This document shows, in pieces, positions 45,720 to 57,844 of a DNA stretch of 64,000 bases. The notes below the pieces were generated by a model, which was given only the letters and a program-made list of their open reading frames with translations, did not search any database and was not told the origin of the DNA. A program made the position numbers and the translations under genes. The DNA comes from Pseudovirgaria hyperparasitica (lineage: Eukaryota), in NCBI GenBank assembly GCA_010093815.1, contig ML996581.1; one strand, written 5' to 3'. How positions within the stretch are numbered: position 1 is the first letter of the stretch; every line of letters begins with the position of its first letter.

Positions 45720-48700
45720 ATGGCGCATGACGATTTCGATGATGACATAGTCGACGAATACATAACACAAGCCACCGTTCCCCTTGATGCTCCAATATCA
45801 AGACCAAAAATCAGCTATGGTCGTTTGCAGGATCAGATCTCCCCCCCGACCGGGTATAACCCGCAATCGACGTACTCTACACAACCCACGCAATTACTAG
45901 GTACACCACCTCGGCGTGCACCAAACGTTCAAGTCGCTGCATCATCACCCTTCCAAAGTTCGCCTTACGCTGGATCGACGCGCTATGGCTACCATTCTTC
46001 ACATTCAAGCCAGCACATGCCGTCTCAGGAGACGCAGCGTCTGATCCACTCAATGGCTCCAAGAGGGACGTTTGTTGCTATACCAAAAAACCGGATAGTG
46101 GACGCGTCTCAAGGTGTCGCCCCTGGCGAAGACGAGCCAATATTAGCAGAAAATTCAGAAGACGAGTTGAGCCGCAACGTATCTCGTGCGAATATTCCCC
46201 GAACGTCTTTCAAAACAGGGTCCAATCCACACATAGTGCCAGAAACATCTCGGTCCTTCGATCCTAGTCAGTTCATATTCAAGGGAGTGCAGCGCAAACA
46301 GCAGCAGAATCAGCAGCAGCAGAATCAGTACCAGGTTCCCCAGAAGCGACAGCTTGACGACTCCGTTAGCGCATATGCAAATGCAAGTTCTTCTAGCAAG
46401 AGGCGATTAGATCATGGTAGACAGATGGGCCCAGCGAGAGCTCAGCCAGTAGAATGCGAAATGAGCTTGGACGATATTCCCGATTGGCATACCCGTAAGC
46501 TTGTGGAAGAAGTTAGGGATGTCACCCATAAATCCATAATCGAGTGTTACAAAGCATTGCAAGAATGTCGCAATCATTCACAAGACGCTATGGACAAGCT
46601 GCTCAGCCAGTCCCCTTCACCGTCTCCTAAGCACTCATCGGTCGCGGTAGAGGCACCTTCGAAGCCCACCATGAAGCGCCAGGTAGTGGACAAAGGTAGC
46701 ATTACGCAAAAGTACAGCCGTCAGGGTGCGGCCCAAGGTATGGCGAATCGTCCGCGCATTGTCCACACCATACCATCCTCCTCTCCACCATTGCCAGTAA
46801 GCCCTCCTAAGAAGACTCTGAAACGACTGAAAAGGCGCCCGCGAGCAGCTTCTTCCTCTGACGTTGAAGCCGCCGAAACCAAGCTTACTTCTGTTATCGA
46901 TATCCTGTCCGATGAAGAGCCGGTCATAGTTGAATCTAGCGATGATCATGCGGCAGACGATGTGCCGTACGATTTCAAAGACAGGTTGCTCAAATTCTTC
47001 AACAGCCGAGATGCTCTTGAGATTGCAGATCTTGCCCAACAGACTATAGAAGTGGCAGAGCTCATAGTTTCGAAACGACCATTTCGCAATTTGTCACAGG
47101 TTAGGGAGGTTGCTTTGCCAAGTCCACCTGATTCCGGCAAAGGCAAGAAGAGGTCAAAGCCGAAACCAATAGGCGAGAGGATTGTAGACGTATGCGAGGA
47201 CATGCTGGCTGGTTTGGAGGCGGTAGATGAGCTCGTCGACGCTTGCAACAGAGAGGGAAATGCCATTTCGAAAGAGCTTGGTAAATGGGGCATAAACGTC
47301 GATGGTCTTGCTCTCGAAGGAGAAGTAGCCATCACATCGCTTGGCCCGTCCAGCGCGAAAGATTCCGGTACAGGTACCCCTGAGCCTAGTAAGGATATTA
47401 TGACGGCAGACCTCCTAAAACAGCCATCAAACATGTCGAAAGACATTGTTCTCAAGGACTACCAATTAGTAGGCCTCAATTGGCTCTCCCTTCTCTGGAA
47501 GTTAAAGCTATCATGCATACTAGCTGACGACATGGGTCTGGGCAAGACATGCCAGGTGATAGCTTTCATATCTCATCTTAGCGAAACTGGTGTAGAGGGA
47601 CCGCACCTCATCATCGTTCCTGGTTCGACGTTGGAAAATTGGCTTCGAGAGTTTAAGACTTTCTCCCCAAATTTAGTCGTGGAACCTTACTACGGTTCTT
47701 TAGCGGAGCGTGCAGAGCAACGTGAAACAATCGAGCAGACTATTGACCGCATTAATGTCGTTGTCACGACGTACGATTGTGCGTGTCGGGATCCTGACAA
47801 CAAGTTTTTGAGGAGAATCGGGGCAGAAGTTTGCGTTTACGATGAGGGACACATGTTGAAAAACAGTACCACAAAGCGATATCAGCAGCTAATCCGTATC
47901 AAGGCCAAGCATCGTCTTTTACTGACGGGAACGCCGTTGCAGAACAATCTTCAGGAACTGATATCATTGCTCGCCTTCCTTATGCCGGACACTTTTATGG
48001 AGCATCAAGAACAATTGCTCCATGTGTTCAAGCACAAGACCAAAATCACCGATTCGGATCACTCCTCACTTCTTTCCCAAAAGCGAATCCAAAGAGCACG
48101 AGCAATGATTGCTCCGTTTATTCTTCGCCGAAAAAAACAACAAGTATTAAAGCACCTGCCAGCTAAACATCACCGGGTGGTGTACTGTGACCTTAGCGAG
48201 ACACAGAAGAAACTTTACGATGCACAACTTGCTCAACAGCGCAAAGTGCTCGAGGATCGTGCCGCTGGTATTGCGAACAACGATCGCGCTCTGAATCTAA
48301 TGAGGCTGCGACAAGCTGCAATACATCCTCTGTTGCTGCGTCATATCTACGATGATACTAAGCTCCGGAAGGTCGCCAAAGCACTTTGCACCGATGATAA
48401 ACTTCCTGATCGCAACGAGCAGTTGGTATATGAGGATATAGAATACTATTCTGATTACGCAGTCCACCAACTTCTACTAAAATTTCCGAGAAAGACTTCT
48501 CGGTTTATGCTCAAAAATTCGGAATGCATGAACAGCGGAAAGGTTGAGAAGCTTGCTGAGCTATTGAAGACTTTCCAAACCAACGGCGACCGGGCGCTTA
48601 TATTTAGTCAATTCACGACTGTGATGGACATTCTTGAACAGGTCCTGGAAGAATTGAACATGCCATTTCTCCGAATGGATGGGTCGACGCCCATTCCTCA

Positions 48701-49226
48701 GCGGCAGGACATGCTTGACGAGTTTTACAAGGACGAAAGCATTCCCGTTTTCATGCTGTCGACTAAGTCTGGTGGAGCAGGAATCAATCTGGCTTGTGCG
48801 AATAAAGTCATCATATTCGACAGCAGTTTCAATCCTCAAGATGACATTCAGGCAGAGAATCGGGCTCATCGAGTTGGTCAGACTCGTGAAGTCGAAGTCA
48901 TTCGTCTAGTCACGAAGGACACGATTGAGGAGCAAATTCTCCGGCTAGGCTTGAGTAAGATGGCGCTCGATGACCGTGTTGCTGGTGAAGCAGAAGACAA
49001 GAAAGGGAAGGCGATGGAAGAGAAAGGCATGGAATTGGTCGAGAGAATGATCATGGGGGAGGAAGTGGAAGAGTTGACTGAGGTGAAGAGGCCCAATGTT
49101 GTTGTCGAGTCCGAAGAGGACAGGACAAATTCGAAGAAAAGCACAAAGTCTAAGGACAGCCCAAAGGATGCCAAGGATGCTTTTACAGAACTGCTTAAAA
49201 AGAAGGGCGTCTCGCTTGCGAAGTGA
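45720..49226 (+). CDS. FUN30: SNF2-family chromatin remodeller Fun30/SMARCAD1/Fft, 1168 aa, single exon
   Basis: LKDYQLVGLNWL; ILADDMGLGKTCQ; STLENWLREF; DEGHMLKN; LLTGTPLQNNLQEL; LSTKSGGAGINL; FNPQDDIQAENRAHRVGQ. Confidence 0.92.
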   Translation: MAHDDFDDDIVDEYITQATVPLDAPISRPKISYGRLQDQISPPTGYNPQSTYSTQPTQLLGTPPRRAPNVQVAASSPFQSSPYAGSTRYGYHSSHSSQHMPSQETQRLIHSMAPRGTFVAIPKNRIVDASQGVAPGEDEPILAENSEDELSRNVSRANIPRTSFKTGSNPHIVPETSRSFDPSQFIFKGVQRKQQQNQQQQNQYQVPQKRQLDDSVSAYANASSSSKRRLDHGRQMGPARAQPVECEMSLDDIPDWHTRKLVEEVRDVTHKSIIECYKALQECRNHSQDAMDKLLSQSPSPSPKHSSVAVEAPSKPTMKRQVVDKGSITQKYSRQGAAQGMANRPRIVHTIPSSSPPLPVSPPKKTLKRLKRRPRAASSSDVEAAETKLTSVIDILSDEEPVIVESSDDHAADDVPYDFKDRLLKFFNSRDALEIADLAQQTIEVAELIVSKRPFRNLSQVREVALPSPPDSGKGKKRSKPKPIGERIVDVCEDMLAGLEAVDELVDACNREGNAISKELGKWGINVDGLALEGEVAITSLGPSSAKDSGTGTPEPSKDIMTADLLKQPSNMSKDIVLKDYQLVGLNWLSLLWKLKLSCILADDMGLGKTCQVIAFISHLSETGVEGPHLIIVPGSTLENWLREFKTFSPNLVVEPYYGSLAERAEQRETIEQTIDRINVVVTTYDCACRDPDNKFLRRIGAEVCVYDEGHMLKNSTTKRYQQLIRIKAKHRLLLTGTPLQNNLQELISLLAFLMPDTFMEHQEQLLHVFKHKTKITDSDHSSLLSQKRIQRARAMIAPFILRRKKQQVLKHLPAKHHRVVYCDLSETQKKLYDAQLAQQRKVLEDRAAGIANNDRALNLMRLRQAAIHPLLLRHIYDDTKLRKVAKALCTDDKLPDRNEQLVYEDIEYYSDYAVHQLLLKFPRKTSRFMLKNSECMNSGKVEKLAELLKTFQTNGDRALIFSQFTTVMDILEQVLEELNMPFLRMDGSTPIPQRQDMLDEFYKDESIPVFMLSTKSGGAGINLACANKVIIFDSSFNPQDDIQAENRAHRVGQTREVEVIRLVTKDTIEEQILRLGLSKMALDDRVAGEAEDKKGKAMEEKGMELVERMIMGEEVEELTEVKRPNVVVESEEDRTNSKKSTKSKDSPKDAKDAFTELLKKKGVSLAK

Positions 49227-49635
49227 GCACCCTGTCATTGTTGCATAGGAAGGAGTCTTTCGTCGTCAAGTGGGTTATTCAAAGCGCGCATTTGATCATG
49301 GATTAGTGTGCATAGTGATGGCGATTGGACCTCGGAGCGTGCCTTCTCAAATCATGGAAGCATAGAGCGCAAATCCATTGTTTACCATTTATGGTTGAAT
49401 TTCAGTCGTGACTTCGTGATTTTGGATCCTCCATCCTTCGACTCTGGCACGGTTGTAGCGCCAGGTCGCCTAGATCGTTTGCTCTTCGCCCGTACGAGAA
49501 CGACCTGGTGATGCGAACCCTGTTTTCTCCCCGTGTTCCTCGTGGCCTGATCCATGGTATCTATTCAGTATATGCAGCGAAGCCACATGAGCCCGACAAG
49601 CCATCGGCTATACGCAATAACTATTACAAGACGCC

Positions 49636-50075
49636 TCATCCCAGTATCAACTCATAGACTATGACTAACGTATTGATTGCGATGAGCGGTACTACTGTCA
49701 TGTTAGCAAAACCAACACCTGCACCATGTTCTACGTGCGTGCCGGGACTGACTCCTCATAACGGTTCGTATCGATGATATCAGGTTGATCATTTTGGCCT
49801 TGAAGCTTGCTGTATCTGGGCCGCCAAACTGGTCGGCTTGCGCGCTGCTACCCCATCCAACTGTATCGTACTGTCAGCCTTGGTGTCCATATGTGTGCGT
49901 TTGGCTTGGTATGCAATGCGGCTTACTGCGAGCGAGGAAACGATCTTCGGAGAGGACGGCGACGGCGTTCGTGAGGAGGATGAAGACTGCGGGCGAGTCA
50001 GCGGAGGTGCCAGAAATTGTTGCGGAAGGAGTGCGGACCGTAGAAGAGGTTCCCCAGGCCGAAGAAGAACAGCAT
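49636..50075 (-). CDS. YOS1: Yos1 (Yip1-Yif1 complex, ER-Golgi traffic; IER3IP1 family), 86 aa; exons 50075-50039, 49986-49927, 49860-49753, 49691-49636
   Basis: Spliced translation MLFFFGLGNLFYVFILLTNAVAVLSEDRFLARIGWG...KAKMINLISSIRTVMRIPLIAINTLVIVYELILG; all three introns have GCTRAC branch points. Confidence 0.93.
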
Positions 50076-51119
50076 TGTGTCAAAGAGGCGAACGAGATGT
50101 ATTCGTGTACGGCGTTGCAGCTTGTACTTAACAAGCAATGAAGAGGCCACGGCGACAGGGTGGAGAACGGAGCGGCGGTACGTTGGGCCGGTCGAGTGAG
50201 GCATCAAGGCATTCAAGAGCCCAGCACTGCTTAGAGATGCTCTTCGCGGCGTGTATCAGATAGAGCATTGGGTCCTGATCTCTCTGCGACAGTTGCGAGT
50301 GGTCTCTTTCAAGGTTGCCGTAATCTTCTTGACATGCGATAGTGTACAAGGCAATAATGTTACTTACATTTGTGCCTCACCAGCACAGTAGCCGAGAAAG
50401 GTCTGCGGAGTCGTCTCCGAGTGTCCCGCAGAGGTACGGTGGTGGTGCCTACAGTAGTAATTATAGCGACTAAAGCCTAGAGTTATAACCCCCGGTCCTA
50501 CCGGGATACCTATTAAACGTTTCCTACCGTTACCTAACCCAGAAATGTTCTGGGCCCTCGCTGGTGACACGCTATTATTCTAATTCATACTTCGTTCCCA
50601 CACCACATCCGCTGCTACAGACCCAACTAAATAATAGCGACTTTGGTTACTAATTCACTAGGCCACGATGCGATGCTTACCATCGCTGTTGTTGAAGCTC
50701 TCCTCTCTCTTCTCCGCCTTTCTCATCCTTTCATGCGACTGCGCTCTCCCATATCTCGCCGGACGCACTCTCATTGCGCCCACGCACTTCCCGATTCGGC
50801 CCGTCTCGACATTTAGATGTCTCCACAGCTGCGATCCCTCTCCAATACCGCGCACGCTGCTTTCACCACTGCGGCTCCCTCTGCCCAAAGAGATCGGCGT
50901 CGGCAGCGTTCCAGCTGTCCGCGCTAATCCACCCAGTTCCCAATCTCACAGTTGCAACACCTCCTCACTTGCGGATAATACTGCGCAGGAACCCTGCCCT
51001 GGACTCGTCCCAACCTGGCATCTTCCACCCTCGCTGAAGATCCACCTCTCCGCATACCTCTCGTCGTCGATCCCCTCCTCCCGTTTTCTCGTCTCGAGCC
51101 TCAAGTCGTGTCTAATGAC

Positions 51120-54100
51120 ATGACTGCCAGATTGGCGTCGTCAGACGTTCTAGGAGTAACCAGTCCACTATATTCCGACGAAGACGAGGACGGCACTGCC
51201 TCAGAACACAGTACTATTGTGGCTGGCGGCCGGCGCCTTGATGATCATGGCTTCTTCGACATGGCGCCTCGACGTCCTGGCTCGCCGGACTCTGTTCGCA
51301 GCGACTTATCTTTAGGCACGCAGCTGTCTACCTCTTCTACGATAGCCGCCTTGACCGCGCTCCAGTATCTCCCTATACCTCTACTCGTTCTTTCTTCATA
51401 TAAGACGGTCATACTTGCCAACGATGCTTTCGGAAAATTACTGGGAATTGACTTGCCCGCATTGGCTGAGGACGGCGAAACACTGCTGTCCATAACTGAG
51501 GTCGTGAGGGGACGCAAGATCGCTGATCTAGGCATAGACATCCTTAAAGATGGCTCACCGATATGGATAAATTGGGATGTGAGTATGGTAAATATGCTAC
51601 CATGACCGATGTTAATACTTCAACCAGGACCTCCTTGATCGAGCCGCAGAGCGAACTCCAGCACATCCCGACCCTGAGAGACATGGCCACATACATGATG
51701 GTCACACGTCGAACGAATCCCTACCAAAACTCACGTCTTCCAACTTGGCCCGCACTACGGTGCACGATGTTTCTGTCGATGTTCTAATATCTCAGCAAAG
51801 CGCTATTGCCAAGCACTGCTCATTGTCCACGCCACTGTCGTCCAATCTTATCATATCTACTTGGACTCTGGACAATGTACAGCATTACACCCTAACATTC
51901 ACAAGCGCAGCAGCATCTAATATACAGCCTGCTACTAGTAGGACTGTAGTCAAAGCTCATACCAGGCCGAGTGCCCATTCTGGCTCTTCGTCAGCGTCAT
52001 CCACGAAACGTTCAAAGGGAAGTTCGAATTCGAATTCTGACTCCAATGTTAGTACGCCAACCCTTCAGTCTCCGAATTTCCCCCCATATGGCCCTCCAAC
52101 TAAGCAGGATCATCCCGCAACTGCCTCGATATTCCAGAAGGCATCGCAGCTGAAAGATGCGATCTTGAATTCGGTAAACATGCCAGCATATGCTTTGTGG
52201 AAAGATGAGAGCTTTGGAATTCCCAACAAGGCACTCCTGGACCTCCTACCCGAGGATGCCATTCCTAACCCCGGAGATCAACGTGAGTTTCTAGGTCAAT
52301 ATACACTTTGGTCAGAAGACTTTGAGCGCGAGCTGGCCTTGGAGGAGTTCCCAATCATGGATCTCGTTCGGAATCAAGTCGCATTTGAGAATCGGCGAAT
52401 TGGGATGCGACAGCCCAAGACGGGAGCGCGCCTTATATTCGATGTACACGGAGAACCGATTACCCTTGAGTCGACGGGTGAATTCATCGGAGGTCTAGTC
52501 ACATTCAAGGACGTTACTGAATACACTGAACGAATCGCCGCTCAGCTCAAGGAGAACGACAAGCAATTTGAATCGATTGCTAATCTAGTTCCAATCCTTG
52601 TCTGGACGGGAACGTCAGATGGCTACATCGACTGGTTTTCGCAACGTTGGTATGACTTCACTGGTTTATCCCACCAGGAATCTGTTGGTACTGGTTGGAC
52701 TCTCGCAATACACGACGATGACTTGGCGGAAAGTGGACGGCGATGGCAAAAGTCTGTAGCGACAGGGTCTGAATACAGAATTGAATACAGAGTAAAACGA
52801 CGCGATGGGCAATGGAGATGGATGTTTGGGAACGCGATACCCTTTCGAGATTCTGACGGCAAAGCAGTGAAATGGTTTGGTACATGCGCAGATATTCACG
52901 AGACTGTAATTGCCCGGCAAGAAGCGAAATTGATGCGACAGCAACTTATTCAGACGATTGATCATGCGAAGATCACTCTGTGGGCAATCAATCGTGACCT
53001 AAAATTTGTTTTGTTGGAGGGCAATCGGATCTGGCAAGATAAGGTGAACGGCCGTGCGATCACTTCTGCAGACGTCATAGGACGTAATGTGTATGAGGCC
53101 ACCGAGAGCTTGGTTGGCCGCGACGATGCGTTACGGTTACGCGAACCAATTGAAGCTATCCTCAATCACCAGTCACGAACTGAGGTTCTCGAGGAGCAAA
53201 CGAATCACCAAGGACGAATCTTCCGATCAAGGCTTGTACCTATGCTATCGAACAGTCGCGTAGCTGGTGTTGAAGGAAACTCTTTCGTTGATGGTGTTAT
53301 TGGAGTAGCTATGGATATCACGGAGCTACGATCACGCGAGAACGATCTGCGGCGGCAAGAGAAAGAGAATACTAAGCTTCTTGCCAATGCTGTGGCTGCA
53401 AAGGAAGCAAGTCGCATGAAGAGCCAATTCCTTGCCAACGTAAGTTTATGCCTGCCATCAGATATGCTATCTCACTAACATGATCCAGATGTCCCACGAG
53501 ATTCGAACACCAATCGCAGGCGTGATCGGTATGAGTGAACTGCTCCTTGACACTGTATTAAACAAAGAGCAGTATGAATGTGCAGATAATATACAAAGAT
53601 CTGCCAACGCGTTACTGACGGTCATCAACGACATACTTGACCTATCGAAGGTTGAATCCGGGCGACTAGACATCGAAGAGGTGCAATTCAGCTTGTCAGT
53701 TGCCATTCGTGATGTGAACAAAATGATGGCCTTCGCTGCTCAACGAAAGAATATAGCGTACGAAAGCTATATTGAACCTACGATTGATCGAGATCTAAAA
53801 GTGATGGGAGATCCGGGTCGATTGCGCCAGATTCTCACAAACATCTTGACCAACAGTATCAAGTTCACTTCGGAAGGTACTGTCTGTCTGACGGTATCCG
53901 CAACTCAGGAATCTCGGGAGTCAATCAGCGTACAGTTTGTTGTTGAGGACACGGGTATTGGGATAGAAGAGGAAGTTCGCAAGCGCCTTTTCAAACCGTT
54001 CAGTCAAGCTGACTCGTCCACTGCTCGAAGATTTGGTGGTACTGGGCTAGGTCTGACCATCAGTAAGAACGTGAGTTATACGTACGATACCGATCGTGTA

Positions 54101-55594
54101 ACATGCTAACACGCGAAGCTTGTCGAATTGATGCATGGTAGCATTGGACTAGAATCAAAGCTGGGTGTCGGAACGAAGACCACCTTCTCGATACCTTTCA
54201 GCAAGGGACAGTACTCGAACGAAGGATCTCCTATCATAGCCTTAGGGTCGATACCAGATCGCCTACAGTCGGATGTTTCGGTGTCATGTGGAAGCTCCGA
54301 GGACCTAACACCACCATCGACACCTACAGTTGGTAATGGTGTGGCTAGTAGTCACCTCAATAGAGCAACGAGTGCACGAAGGACATCACATCAGCACAAT
54401 AGTGGCCCGGTGACAGCTCGCGGTGTTTTACCAAACGATCTACTCAATTTGACCGACGAAGAGAGACAGAAAATCGAAATCTTGGTGGTAGAAGACAACC
54501 CGATCAATCAACAGATTGCGCTCAAGACTATTCGAAAGCTCCACTTCTCCGTGAGAGCTGTATGGAACGGTCAAGAAGCACTAGATTACCTTAACGCCGC
54601 TCCAGCGCCAGGTCATCCAATGCCTAACATCGTGTTGATGGACGTTCAGATGCCGGGTGAGTACGAATTTGAGAGACATGCTGGTCACGACCACTTACAC
54701 CCCGTAGTACTCGATGGCTATGATGCCACACGACGTATTCGTAGGTTCGAAAACCCTGAAGTTCGAAATGTTCATGTTATTGCAATGACAGCGTCAGCCA
54801 TTCAAGGCGACAAAGAAAAGTGCGAAAAAGCAGGCATGGACGACTACCTGGCGAAACCCGTGAAAGGCAAGATTCTAGAGAAGATGCTGCTCAAGTGGGC
54901 GATTGCTGGCAACAAGCGCAGTAAAAAAGAAAATCATAAACCCAGGCCCTTGCCACTCAACGACTCCTCTAAATCCAAACCTTCCACATCTTCCACACCC
55001 TCGCCACCGTCCTCCATCCTCTCACCTGCGCACGGATCTCTCGATGCTAAGCTCGATAGCCTCGAGTTTCACCGTAACACAACACTCCTCCTTGCCTCGG
55101 AGTCGAACTCGGACTCACAACTGCGGCGCGCACAGGACGAAGAACAAGCTGCGTACTCACGCGACAACAAACTCCTCTTGGCATCCGAGAATCCACAGGC
55201 AGAGCCTATCTCTGTGCTTGAAGCTAATCTTCCAGCTATCCGCGGTATCGACGAGCAGACTGACGACCACTCCAGTCATGCGCTTACGGAGGAGAATATT
55301 GGACGCTTGGCGACGGAACAGCATCGTCGGAGGGGCGATCTCAAGCGGGGTGACTCCCTTTCCGCAGTGCCACAACTAAAGGCCGAGCTTAGCTATGACA
55401 GTCTGAAGGTACATCCCGAAACGAACGACAGTCCACAGGCCCCGGCGGATAGGGGTAGTCGCAGTAGTGAACAGCCGGGAAAGAGTAGTAGGTTGGGGGT
55501 ACCAAGACCGAGCTTACTGTCAAGGAAATATGGAAGCGAGCAGACGGTCACACCAGAGTCGAGTCTGGTTGAACAGCAGCAGCAAAATCAGTAA
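51120..55594 (+). CDS. Cytosolic hybrid sensor histidine kinase (PAS/PAC-HisKA-HATPase-receiver), about 1425 aa; introns 51579-51627, 53440-53488, 54071-54118, 54657-54707
   Basis: PAS/PAC (WFSQRWYDFTG...EYRVKRRDGQWRW...KWFGTCADIHE); H-box FLANMSHEIRTP; N box; DTGIG; GGTGLGL; receiver LVVEDN...MDVQMPVLDGY...KP. The architecture suggests the multi-PAS group V (HHK2/NIK-2-like), but the group is inferred. Confidence 0.93.
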
Positions 55595-56272
55595 TTTTTA
55601 CCGGTCATGAGAGAGTTTATGAAGATGGGTATTGGCACTTGGACATATCGCATGGATTTGGCGTAAATGGAGTTTTCACTGGCCTGACAAGCCTGAGGGC
55701 TCACTGCATATTTCTCTTTTGTTTCGATCTATAGACAGTGCTTGAATGGGCCAGGCATATATGGGTTACAAAATCGCATGAGGATACGCCCGGTCGGTTT
55801 GGTGGTTGGATCATATCCTGATATCATTGAACGCATAAGCAAATGAGGAATCCATCCAGAAAATGCGCTGTATGTCGTTTGAGCTAGAAGAATATATGTA
55901 TCCGTCCAGCTCTAGTAAGATGACAGTGGAAGTAAACAAAGGCTACAGTCATTGTGTATGTCTGATTCAGCTTATCATTTTACTTAACACTCGAAACCCT
56001 CTTTCTGACGCAAAGTTGATTCGATCCCATAATATTATTATGGAACACAATTGTTTAATGTAATGTTCTCTGCACTGTTCCGGTGGACGTCTTTCTGATG
56101 GCTTTTATGGCCCCTTTAGTGAGTTACGTAATCATGGAAGCCCTAGTAGCTAAACCTCACGACCCAGTAGCGCGGATCGCGCGTCACATAGCTGTGTACA
56201 TCCTCAAAAACTCTACCGACTTTTCTGTAGAACCACTCCAAGGCTTCACACCTCTGATCTCTCAAAACCAAT

Positions 56273-56952
56273 ATGAACTCTCCTCCCTCAGACAACGACA
56301 ATGATGACCTCGGCCCAGCCAGGGAGCCCACCCCGCAAGCGCGACCGCCTCCTCGCGAGAAAACCCAGATTCCCAAGCAAGTTGCGCGTGTAAAAGAGAG
56401 GCCGAGCGGAGACGAAGAGGTGGGTAGCTCACTGAAACTCGGCGAATTCCAGGGCGTGCACAGTTTGTCTGTGTCGGAAGCGCGTATTTTGGTCAATGCT
56501 GTGTTCAAGGACCGCAAGCAGCGAAGGCCAAATTGGAATTGGGACAAGGAGTGAGTGGTTCTGGCAGACTTTGCTGAACTTGTGCAGTCATTGTTCTGTG
56601 AAGAGATATTGGAGAAGGCATTATTATGCTAATATTTGCATTCAGGAATATCACGAAGATGGTAGACTACTTGGAGGAGTTCTCGAGGTTTAAGCAGACG
56701 GAAGCTAATGAGTCGCTTGAAAGAGTGCTGGATCAACGCCGTGAGCTGGAGTATTTTGAGCGCTCCCAACTTGGTATGCTTGCTTCACTTGGGTGATGTT
56801 ATCTGAGCTGATTTCTTGTAACAGCCAATTTATGCCCGGAGAGTGCAGATGAAGCAAAAACCCTCATCCCTTCCATCACGAACAAGATCAGCGATGACGA
56901 TCTACAAGAGCTTCTAAACGAGATCGGAAAGCTCAGGCAATTTGCCGAGTGA
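56273..56952 (+). CDS. RPB4: RNA polymerase II subunit Rpb4, 177 aa; introns 56551-56645 and 56774-56824
   Basis: GDEE...LKLGEFQGVHSLSVSEAR; DYLEEFSRFK; FERSQLANLCPESADEAKTLIPSITNKISDDDLQELL (HRDC-like). Confidence 0.95.
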
Positions 56953-57844
56953 AAGCAGTCATCCTCATGTTATGCTATGTCTATAGCTGAGCGTCGCCTT
57001 GAGTGAAGGAGACCGGACGCCCCCTTGAACCCCAGAAAATACTGATTGAGTGTAAATGCTAGCTCGGCTGAGATATTGCTGAAACTACGCAGAGATTACA
57101 GAGCCACATCGCGGCCTCGACGTAGATCAAGTGTTGTGCTTGAGAGCTCTGCGAAGATATTTCCCCAAGCCAACGCAAAGTATTCGAGTTGGAATATCGA
57201 CATTGCTTAGGTTGTTGTTTCACCCGAAACACGGCGTATGGTCAGAGGGTGACACGCACTATATACAGTGTAGATCCTGTAGCATAAATGCAGCACTTTG
57301 CACAGACCAGCCTCTTCTCTTTACGTCCGCAATAAGAGATTATAGTTCTAAGCTCTGTCAGACTGAAGAGTTTCGTTTGCGCCATAGGCCATAAACATCA
57401 GGCTTTAACCTACGCCTTTAGACCTTGCGGCATTTCTGTCGAGCAGTACAATGCAGCAGTATACGACAATGAATATCGGGCCCAAGAAGTTGTTCGGCAT
57501 CGAAGCCAAGCCGAAACTTCGGTGCCTCTTTCGTTCCCTTTGCCAGCAGTAGGCTTCAGGTTTGATACATGAATGCTTTTCGATGATCCGCATGCATACA
57601 GGGCTGCTCCTTTGGATAGACCGCATACATCATTTGGACTAATAACAATGCGTTCACCTCTATTTCAATTGCATATCTTGAACGTTTAACCGCTCCATGG
57701 GTTTGTGTCTAGTCAAATCCTTACTGTATATGTATCGGTACAAAGAAGCCTGAGAGGCCCGATGACATTGGCGCGTCGCAGAATACAAATACAATAACTT
57801 CGCTATATACAGGCAGATACGAATAAGGGGTATAACTATCAAAT

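Noticed and set aside
50668..51123. 151-aa ORF upstream of the histidine kinase with a hydrophobic start
   Set aside because: Ser/Pro/Leu-rich translation of a pyrimidine-rich leader; only its terminal ATG-ACA-TGA overlap is kept as a finding
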